A DNA stretch of 64,000 nt from a virus (Duplodnaviria > Heunggongvirae > Uroviricota > Caudoviricetes): positions 331,001-395,000 of IMG/VR virus record IMGVR_UViG_3300021387_000463. One strand, given 5' to 3'. Position numbers and translations under genes: made by a program. Below are positions 56,894 through 64,000 of the stretch, piece after piece (positions within the stretch are counted from its first letter, which is position 1; the number at the start of each line of letters is the position of its first letter). Under the pieces are notes generated by a model. The model ran no database searches and had not been told where the DNA came from. It saw only the letters and a list, made by a program, of their open reading frames with translations.

Positions 56894-57358
56894 TTATCTT
56901 GTAAGTACATAACCCATAGAAACCTTTCCATCCATATTTCTGAACAATGTTGCCAACATGAATGGGAATTCACCAGCTGAGAACCAACGTCTGATTTCTT
57001 GTGCTGATTTTGGCATCATTTCCTCTGGACCGTTATAATACTTCTTGAAATATTCGAACACATAATTAGCAACATAATCACAATCACTTATCCTAACAAC
57101 CTCTTGTTTAACCTCTTTTGTAATTGACATGAAAATGTCCTCATAATATCTTCTTTCGAAAATACCATACATAAACAAGGCATTTGGCATTGCATACATA
57201 TGCTCATTGTGAATTGCCAACAACTTCCTTGAAAAGTCATTCAACATTATTGTCTTTACTTTCTCAAGGTCTGGGTTATCAAAGTCAATATCGACATTAC
57301 AAGTTATTCCATAACCCTTTACACGCTTAACACGTCCATCATCAAAATATTCTATCAT
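56894..57358 (-). CDS. hypothetical protein
   Basis: ORF, start moved to ATG 57358. Confidence 0.65.
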   Translation of the reverse strand: MIEYFDDGRVKRVKGYGITCNVDIDFDNPDLEKVKTIMLNDFSRKLLAIHNEHMYAMPNALFMYGIFERRYYEDIFMSITKEVKQEVVRISDCDYVANYVFEYFKKYYNGPEEMMPKSAQEIRRWFSAGEFPFMLATLFRNMDGKVSMGYVLTR

Positions 57359-57418
57359 ATTTTTTTCTATAAAAGATAAGGAAAATTGAGGGAAAATAAA
57401 CAAATAAAAACAAAAAAA

Positions 57419-57445
57419 AAAGAGTGTTATCCGTTAACACTCTTT
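57419..57445 (-). terminator. intrinsic terminator
   Basis: AAAGAGTGTTA..TAACACTCTTT with T run on minus strand. Confidence 0.65.
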
Positions 57446-58131
57446 CTCTTATCGTTTACGTTACCAACTTTCTTCATAACGCATTCATATAAATCTCCGT
57501 TCTTTGCCAAGAATCTGAATGACTTACCAATTGATATTGTATTCACCTCATTGGTTTCTTGTCTTCCCTCAGATACAATCTTCTTATTTAGGGAAACAGC
57601 ATACTTTCTTACGATTTCCTCAACAATTGTTCTAATCATTGGATAATCTACTTGAGGTGCTGCTGCATATTGCATCTGTGGTTGAGGCGCATACTGCTGT
57701 TGTACACCCTCATTAACAAGTTGTCTAACGTTCTGTGGAGGTGTATATGTTGGTTGCTGTGGTGCAGCATCCATTATTCCTTCGGTAAGGAATGAAAGGT
57801 CACGATTATCACCACCACCAAATGCAGCATATAGCTCTGACTCATCAATTGGGTTGGCCATAAATGCTTCTCTGATTGCGGCTGGTACGTTTGCAGCATT
57901 TTCTCCCATCTGTCCACCGAATGAAGGTGGTGCTTGGGTCTTTCTATTCCTAGCTGTTGTCATCAAGTCACTAGTTAGGGTTTCTCCATTAAGTGACTCA
58001 TTAATACCGTCCTTATGTCCTGCTGCGATTTTATCAAGAGTGCCATTTGCTTCCAATTTCATGAGCTTTGCAGCCCTTGACATGGACTCATTTAACCTAG
58101 CCCTCTTTTGTTGTTCAGTCATATTTGCCAT
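57427..58131 (-). CDS. hypothetical late protein rich in (L/I/V)xE sites
   Basis: RLNES, GINES, FLTEG, LVNEG, IVSEG; PAAIREAFMANPI. Confidence 0.75.
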   Translation of the reverse strand: MANMTEQQKRARLNESMSRAAKLMKLEANGTLDKIAAGHKDGINESLNGETLTSDLMTTARNRKTQAPPSFGGQMGENAANVPAAIREAFMANPIDESELYAAFGGGDNRDLSFLTEGIMDAAPQQPTYTPPQNVRQLVNEGVQQQYAPQPQMQYAAAPQVDYPMIRTIVEEIVRKYAVSLNKKIVSEGRQETNEVNTISIGKSFRFLAKNGDLYECVMKKVGNVNDKRKSVNG

Positions 58132-58850
58132 TATCTTCTGTTGTTATTTAAATAATCATTTTCATCGAAATCTACTTCGTCAGAATCATAACCCTTATCT
58201 GTTACTGGTCCCTTCTGTGGCTCTGTCAAAGCCTTTTCAGCATCGTTAAGGTCGAATAGACGCCAGAAATCTTCACCCTTCTTTGGAGTATTCTCTATAT
58301 TCTGCCTAATCATGTCGTACTTCCTACTATTAGGTTGAGAGGTATAGACATTTTTCTTCCATTGCTGTGTGATTCTTGGCTGTTGTACTGGGCCTTTTGT
58401 TGCATTTTTTTGTTGACCAACTTTTACGTCATTTTGGAATTGCAATAGCTGTCTTTCCGCTGGGCTGATAAAGTCATCGAATTTGGCATTATCATAGAAT
58501 GTGCCCATTGTCTTATCTCCAGTGAGATTGTATTCACCAAATGAACTTGGTGGTGCTTCAAAGAATTTCTTATTTTTCATTGGTGTCCAAGATGTGATTC
58601 TATCAAGTCTGAAGAACTTCCACTTCGGAGCACCCCTACGAGTTCCACCACCTTCTTGAAACGCTCTAACAACAGGATAACCTTTCTTTGTTGTACCTAT
58701 TGCAAAAGGTTTAATGACACGACTACCCTTTGGATTTCCAGCACCATCACCTTGTCCATCATCATATCTGATACGGACTTGGTATTTGTTTCGGATTGCA
58801 TCAAGAACAGCATCAAACGCTACTTCTTCATTTAAAAGGCAGTTTGCCAT
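58131..58850 (-). CDS. WYL-domain-like protein
   Basis: DAI..VRIRYD..RVIKPFAIG..VRAFQ..WKFFRLDRI. Confidence 0.7.
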   Translation of the reverse strand: MANCLLNEEVAFDAVLDAIRNKYQVRIRYDDGQGDGAGNPKGSRVIKPFAIGTTKKGYPVVRAFQEGGGTRRGAPKWKFFRLDRITSWTPMKNKKFFEAPPSSFGEYNLTGDKTMGTFYDNAKFDDFISPAERQLLQFQNDVKVGQQKNATKGPVQQPRITQQWKKNVYTSQPNSRKYDMIRQNIENTPKKGEDFWRLFDLNDAEKALTEPQKGPVTDKGYDSDEVDFDENDYLNNNRR

Positions 58851-58859
58851 GTCTTAATA

Positions 58860-59201
58860 TTAATCTTTTTCGTTATATGGGTTATAAGTAACCTTCATAT
58901 TCATTTCATCCAAACGACTCTGAGGTGTGACATCCATATTTTGCTTTGCATATAGCTCATTGAGTTGGTTCTGATATGTATTATCGACAATCAATGATTT
59001 CAATGCTTCCAACTTTCTCTGCATCTTTCTGTCTGCGAAGAATGCGTTGGTCTCAGCAATTGCTTGTCTTGTCTCTTCCTCGTTTAGTTCCTTCTTTACA
59101 TTAGCCTTTTTGATAGAATCTACCCTCTTGTCAACAAGTTCCATTCCGATTAGGATGTTCTTTGCTAGTTTATGTAGTCTATCGTTATCATAACTTCTCA
59201 T
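58860..59201 (-). CDS. hypothetical protein
   Basis: 113-aa ORF in operon. Confidence 0.7.
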   Translation of the reverse strand: MRSYDNDRLHKLAKNILIGMELVDKRVDSIKKANVKKELNEEETRQAIAETNAFFADRKMQRKLEALKSLIVDNTYQNQLNELYAKQNMDVTPQSRLDEMNMKVTYNPYNEKD

Positions 59202-59227
59202 AGATTAGTTTATTTAAATTGAATGTA

Positions 59228-59650
59228 TTAAGTGGTAGTTTTCTGTCCAATCTGCTGGCCGAAGAAATACTGACCGTCATTTACATTCTGAGTTGTGTCT
59301 ACAAGATTTGCACCGTAAGGCACTTCCTTGTTATACATTGAGATAGCCAATGCTCTCTCACGTCCACTGATTCCATTTCTACCTTTTATATCGTAGTAAC
59401 CACCACCATTTTCAGTATCGAAATTACTGTAGTTAATCTGGGTTGTTGGTTTTGTACAATCTGGTAAGAAGTGAGTGTGACCACCGTGTCCTGTACCCTT
59501 ACCTTGAGCATCACCATCGCTCATTGCATCTGGGTGAGTTGGACCGTATTGATTCTCGATGTTATAGTCACTACGAGTAATCTCTTGGTGTCTCTCTTCC
59601 ATGCCTCTCTTTTCAAGACAAGTCTGTCCGTTCTGAACTGTATTTGCCAT
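59228..59650 (-). CDS. hypothetical late protein
   Basis: 140 aa; HPDAMSDGDAQGKGTG; late motif at 59685. Confidence 0.75.
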   Translation of the reverse strand: MANTVQNGQTCLEKRGMEERHQEITRSDYNIENQYGPTHPDAMSDGDAQGKGTGHGGHTHFLPDCTKPTTQINYSNFDTENGGGYYDIKGRNGISGRERALAISMYNKEVPYGANLVDTTQNVNDGQYFFGQQIGQKTTT

Positions 59651-59708
59651 ATTCTTTATAAAATTTAAGTAATTTATTTTCTATTATAAATAGTTATTCC
59701 TAATATTT

Positions 59709-60188
59709 TTAGCCCCATCTAGTTGCTTTTGGCATCATATCTGTCATTATGTCTGATACTGATTGCAATCGTTCTGTAATTTCCTTTGGGGCATTTCTTT
59801 CATTAATCACCTTTTGTTTCTCTACCTCTTTCTTGAATTTCTTTTCCTCTTTAGCCTTTCTCTTAGCCTCTGCCTTTGCTTCTTGTTTCTCTTGCTTTAT
59901 CCTAGCAGTCTCGATTTGGTCTTGAACACTCTGGTCAGTGCTTCCAACTGGGAATTCAGTCTGTACCATATACTCAGCATCTACCAATGCCTTTGTGTAT
60001 TGCAAGTCAACCTTCCATTCATTTCTATATAGATGTTCTTTCCTTGCTTCAATACCAAATTTTTCAAGACAAGTCTGTTTTCCACTTGAGTTAACATTTG
60101 AAGATGGCTGCTGTGGCTTTGTACCACCCATTATATTCTCAATAGTGTTACCAATCTTCTTTAAAGTATTATCTATAGTATTAGCCAT
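59709..60188 (-). CDS. hypothetical protein sharing QTCLEKxGxExR motif with 59228..59650
   Basis: 159-aa ORF. Confidence 0.7.
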   Translation of the reverse strand: MANTIDNTLKKIGNTIENIMGGTKPQQPSSNVNSSGKQTCLEKFGIEARKEHLYRNEWKVDLQYTKALVDAEYMVQTEFPVGSTDQSVQDQIETARIKQEKQEAKAEAKRKAKEEKKFKKEVEKQKVINERNAPKEITERLQSVSDIMTDMMPKATRWG

Positions 60189-61578
60189 TCTTCAATTTGA
60201 TTAATTGCTTTTCAGTTATATACACCTTTTTGCCGTTTCTCTTAATTTCTTCAGCAATCTGATTTAATGCCTTACTTCCACCAACAACGAATATTGAAGC
60301 CATATCACCTCTCTGGTGGTAAACATCCAACGCTTTATTAACTATTACCAATACTTTTTCAGGTGGTAAATCCTCGTCATATTCTGAAAGTATTCTCTCC
60401 AATGGTTCTATACCAAAATCAGAGAATGCATCACTACCGTCAGGCATCATCATCCAATCATAAAATCCAATTAAGTCAAGGAAGTTCATAGAATCAACTA
60501 CCCAATATAATTTATTAATGCTGTAATCTATTTCAATTTTTCCGTGTAATCTAGATTTTTTATTGAATTCTTCTATGTATCGCTCAACATCACCATATAC
60601 TTGTTCGAACTTAGCTTTTTGTCTTGCAAGGTCTTGCTGTGCTACAGTCCTATTAACATCATCTTGAGACATCCAAGGGAAATATGTTTGTCCATATTTG
60701 TCAACAGCTTCGTTTAATGCGTTAAACTCATCATTATATAGTTTCATTACGTCATTTGGTGATAATTCTACCTTAATTTCATCACTGCTAACTGATTCTA
60801 CCTCTCTAGAGTTATTGAAATATGACATTACAAAATCTTCAAATTCTTCCTCTGGAAACCATTGACTATGACCTGCAATACTAGTATTAGCCTTTAAAAT
60901 TGCAGTATTTTTCATAATAATACCAATCCATTGATAAATGTATCTTGCTGGGAATTTAACCAATTTTCCATATTTAGTGAACTCGCTTAACGCTTTTGCA
61001 TACATATCTGGATTTATCAGTACCCCCCAATTTTGTTTTCCTTCTGGATTATCAAGGAAACTATTAAATACATAAATGGGACTATATTCTTCTAAATAAT
61101 CCCAAAATGCACTAGATTCAACATCTTCTTTTATTATCCTATTCTCAGTCTTTATTTTGGATGTAGGCACACTTTGCTTGGCTATATTGACGTTGCTAGG
61201 TTTAACACTTGCGGTAGGCTTTGGAGGCTCTATTGGAGATACCTCTGCTTGGCTTCTAGCCCTCTCTACAGTTTTCTTGTAGAAATTGTAAGCCTTTTGT
61301 CCACCTTGCGTTATGTCGTTAGGATTCATTCTCTGCATTCTCTTCTTTGCATCCTCAACGCTAACATAGCTTGTGTTCTGTTCCTTACCATTCACGCTGT
61401 CATCACCCTTCTTGTTGTAATTCTTGGTTGATGCAAGGCTCTTAAGGTTCTTGAGGCTATTCTTAGGCATAACCTTCTCTAGCGCATTGTACCATGCACT
61501 ATAATACTGCCTATCCTTCAATGGAACAGGTGCTTTCCTTCTAGTTACCTTCTGTGAATCCTCTAAAAATAATGCCAT
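60181..61578 (-). CDS. hypothetical multi-segment protein with internal IIKE/LNE sites
   Basis: 465 aa; C-terminal KKVYITEKQLIKLK. Confidence 0.75.
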   Translation of the reverse strand: MALFLEDSQKVTRRKAPVPLKDRQYYSAWYNALEKVMPKNSLKNLKSLASTKNYNKKGDDSVNGKEQNTSYVSVEDAKKRMQRMNPNDITQGGQKAYNFYKKTVERARSQAEVSPIEPPKPTASVKPSNVNIAKQSVPTSKIKTENRIIKEDVESSAFWDYLEEYSPIYVFNSFLDNPEGKQNWGVLINPDMYAKALSEFTKYGKLVKFPARYIYQWIGIIMKNTAILKANTSIAGHSQWFPEEEFEDFVMSYFNNSREVESVSSDEIKVELSPNDVMKLYNDEFNALNEAVDKYGQTYFPWMSQDDVNRTVAQQDLARQKAKFEQVYGDVERYIEEFNKKSRLHGKIEIDYSINKLYWVVDSMNFLDLIGFYDWMMMPDGSDAFSDFGIEPLERILSEYDEDLPPEKVLVIVNKALDVYHQRGDMASIFVVGGSKALNQIAEEIKRNGKKVYITEKQLIKLKNG

Positions 61579-61580
61579 TG

Positions 61581-61829
61581 TTAAATTGTATTTGATGATT
61601 TCCTACCGCCAACAGCACCCCATTGCTGTGGTGACTGTGCGTTTGCGAACTTTTCAGTATCCATTGGATTAGCCTTTTTAGGGCTTCTATCCTTATCAGT
61701 TATTGTTGGCTGAAGCTCTACCTTATCCAAACCATCATACTCTGGAATTGTACTTGTTCCAAAATCTTGGTCTGTAACGCTCTCAAACAGCCTACTATAC
61801 TGAGATTCATTCAAATTAATTATTTTCAT
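61581..61829 (-). CDS. small protein with MKIINLNESQYSRLFES leader
   Basis: 82-aa ORF. Confidence 0.7.
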   Translation of the reverse strand: MKIINLNESQYSRLFESVTDQDFGTSTIPEYDGLDKVELQPTITDKDRSPKKANPMDTEKFANAQSPQQWGAVGGRKSSNTI

Positions 61830-61849
61830 AATTCCATTCTTTTATTTGC

Positions 61850-61863
61850 TATAAATATTTATA
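61850..61863. promoter_or_regulatory. palindromic bidirectional late promoter TATAAATATTTATA
   Basis: Perfect palindrome between divergent genes 61829 and 61888. Confidence 0.6.
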
Positions 61864-61887
61864 TAAGACAAATAATATAAAGGAATA

Positions 61888-63873
61888 ATGGCAAATTTAA
61901 AAGTAAATAACTATCATAATCTGAAATTAAGGATTAACGGAGACGAATATTGGGACTTCTTTGTTAATAAGGATTCTTATGGTTCATTTAAGATTAATGG
62001 ACTATATGATAATTGCCTTATATCCTATATAGACCTTTGTGACAGTGAATGTACTGATGGCTCAGAATGGGTTTACAGTAAAAGCGGTTACACATGGGAC
62101 AAATCATTGGCACTTGGTTATACCTTATATAATATAACATATACTGGAGTTGATAATGGTCTTTTCACATTCCGTAAGGATAGAATTACCAACAAGGACT
62201 TCCTAGAGATATTCCAAAAGAACAAGCTTAAGATTGAGGAAAACGACTATAGATTAAAACTCCATGCAGTAAGTGGAAATACTTTACAATATGAGTATCC
62301 TCTACATATCGAAGAATGTTATACAAAGCTTAATGGTGGCTTCTTCCAAGGCTTCTTCAAAACAGAATGTGACAAGTACCAAATACTTCCTTCATCATTC
62401 GAGCATGGCGATACACTTAACTTCGAATTCACATTGAAAAAGTGTGACTTGGAGAAGGAATCTGATAAGACATTGAATGACAAGTATCCAGAGAATAAGG
62501 GTATATTCTTCTATATCGGTACAAGAGCAGAGAATAAGTGGATTTATATGTACGATGAGAAGGATGAGGATGGCCTTGAGGAATGTTATGAATTGGGTGT
62601 TGATGATTTCGTTGAAGATGGTGAGATAGACAAGAAAGACCATATCATTGGAAACTTCTATAATCCAAATCCTGATTTTGATGGATATGACCCATTTGAA
62701 CTAGGTGATTACACCAATTACAATTACTATGATGAAGATTTGTATGCTGACGATTATTGTGATTGGGATGATATGTATGACTATCTTGAGATAGAAACTG
62801 AGAAGAAGCCTAAGACTATAGATGAAAATGCAAGACATTCAACCCTTACATGGTGCTGTGGGGAGATACAAGAAAAGGATTACATATTGAAGCCTTGGTT
62901 TCATGGCTGTGGGTGTCCAATATCATACAAGAGAATGCCAAAAACAGATAAAGACCCATTTGACCCAAATCCATTGAAAGGATGTACTGAATTTGGTGAT
63001 GACTATATATTCGACAATGGAGAGGTAATCGGACTTGATGAAGCTATAGATTATATTGAGGCTGAACTTGATATTTCAGACTTCGAATATGAAACAGATA
63101 ACGGTTTTAGACTTTCTGAAGGAAATCAATATTACTTCTATACCGATAACAAGTTCTTGTTCTTTGACAGAACCAAGACTGGTTTCACTGTTTCAAATTG
63201 GGTTGAAGGAACACAAATCATGTTCTCTGGACGTAGAAGCAAGTTTAAGGGGAATTTATTCATCCTAATGAATCGCACAAAGACTGGTTACACCGTTAAT
63301 ACTATTGATGAGCTTCGTGACCAATCAGCAAACGAATATAACCCTTATAATGACATCTATAATAACGCTCTAGCTTTTAGAATTACAGATAAGGGAGAAA
63401 TAGGTTATAGAATGCTAACAATTGACTGTGAGAAGGAAGGTAGGGATAAGACAAACATCATCGAGGGTTATTCATTTGAGAATGTAATACTAGATTGCGA
63501 ATGGACAACTGTTAATGTTAGAATTACGTTCACATTCGGAAAAATGAAAATCATGTTTTATGTTAATGGTAAGTTGGTTTACATAACAAAAGACCTTCCA
63601 ATGCTTAACCTAAAGGCTCTTAATGAAATATATGACAAGCAAGAGGGTGTTCCTTATAATATTTCACTTGGTGGCGGTACACAAGGTCTTGCAGAGACAA
63701 TACAACCAAACTATATGCTCAATCCAACAAGGGTTTATCCTCTTGAGAAGGCATTTGCTGGTAGTTTCATCGGTTATATCTCTTCATTCAAAATTTATAA
63801 CTGCTTCATGGAACAGATGATAATAGAACATAATTACAAATACGAAAATAACAAATTAAAAATAGACAACTAA
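61888..63873 (+). CDS. putative virion protein with LamG/concanavalin-like elements and acidic insert
   Basis: GIFFYIGTR, FYVNGKLV, ISLGGG, FIGYISSFKIYN. Confidence 0.6.
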   Translation: MANLKVNNYHNLKLRINGDEYWDFFVNKDSYGSFKINGLYDNCLISYIDLCDSECTDGSEWVYSKSGYTWDKSLALGYTLYNITYTGVDNGLFTFRKDRITNKDFLEIFQKNKLKIEENDYRLKLHAVSGNTLQYEYPLHIEECYTKLNGGFFQGFFKTECDKYQILPSSFEHGDTLNFEFTLKKCDLEKESDKTLNDKYPENKGIFFYIGTRAENKWIYMYDEKDEDGLEECYELGVDDFVEDGEIDKKDHIIGNFYNPNPDFDGYDPFELGDYTNYNYYDEDLYADDYCDWDDMYDYLEIETEKKPKTIDENARHSTLTWCCGEIQEKDYILKPWFHGCGCPISYKRMPKTDKDPFDPNPLKGCTEFGDDYIFDNGEVIGLDEAIDYIEAELDISDFEYETDNGFRLSEGNQYYFYTDNKFLFFDRTKTGFTVSNWVEGTQIMFSGRRSKFKGNLFILMNRTKTGYTVNTIDELRDQSANEYNPYNDIYNNALAFRITDKGEIGYRMLTIDCEKEGRDKTNIIEGYSFENVILDCEWTTVNVRITFTFGKMKIMFYVNGKLVYITKDLPMLNLKALNEIYDKQEGVPYNISLGGGTQGLAETIQPNYMLNPTRVYPLEKAFAGSFIGYISSFKIYNCFMEQMIIEHNYKYENNKLKIDN

Positions 63874-63874
63874 T

Positions 63875-64000
63875 ATGCCAAGCAAAAGTAAATCACAACA
63901 GAGATTCTTCGGTATGGTGGATGCGTACAAAAAAGGTGAACTGAAGAATCCAAGCAGCAAGATAAAGAAAGCTGCAAAGGGAATGTCAATGAGTGATGTC
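63875..64000 (+). CDS. DUF3008-like small basic protein (partial, runs off window)
   Basis: MPSKSKSQQRFFGMVDAYKKGELKNPSSKIKKAAKGMS. Confidence 0.65.
   Translation, partial: MPSKSKSQQRFFGMVDAYKKGELKNPSSKIKKAAKGMSMSDV

Noticed and set aside
1-64000. Alternative genetic code (TAG recoded, as in Lak or some crAss-like phages)
   Set aside because: Very long genes are open in code 11, and TAG, TGA and TAA all end genes sensibly (e.g. TAG at 26577, 48097)
1-64000. tRNA, rRNA, CRISPR array, introns or inteins
   Set aside because: No cloverleaf, repeat-spacer array or split gene seen by eye; tRNAscan-SE and Infernal would be needed to exclude them fully

Overview
Gene-dense, AT-rich 64 kb segment of a large T4-like (myovirus-type, probably jumbo) bacteriophage, read with the standard genetic code. 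The host is probably in the Bacteroidota: nine copies of the Bacteroidetes housekeeping promoter (TTTG/CTTG-N19-20-TAnnTTTG) sit in front of accessory and replication genes. Tail and baseplate genes include a tail tube, assembly chaperone pair, tape measure, OmpA-domain baseplate protein, gp53-like protein, a 2141-aa hub with lysozyme and amidase domains, a spike, and gp15-like and gp14-like proteins. Replication and nucleotide genes include a gp32-like SSB, RecA/UvsX, thymidine kinase, dUTPase, IMPDH/GMPR, a SNF2 helicase and PhoH. There are also four glycosyltransferases plus an O-acetyltransferase, a putative late sigma factor, and accessory genes (Tpt1/KptA, two ankyrin paralogs, SprT, an SPFH membrane operon, WYL, a kinase). 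The most notable signals are: (1) a putative late-promoter motif (A)TATTTAT(A), the reverse complement of the T4 late promoter; (2) unrelated late proteins, including a kinase, that share an N-terminal 'MKxIxLxES..RLxE' leader, possibly a capsid-targeting/protease-cleavage system; (3) a structured leader plus an antisense late promoter at the sigma-like gene; (4) stand-alone mimics of the capsid N-terminus and of the tail tube; (5) a 109-bp almost pure-AT tract inside a CDS, a candidate origin. No tRNA, rRNA or CRISPR array was recognised. All family assignments are by-eye motif recognition, not database searches.
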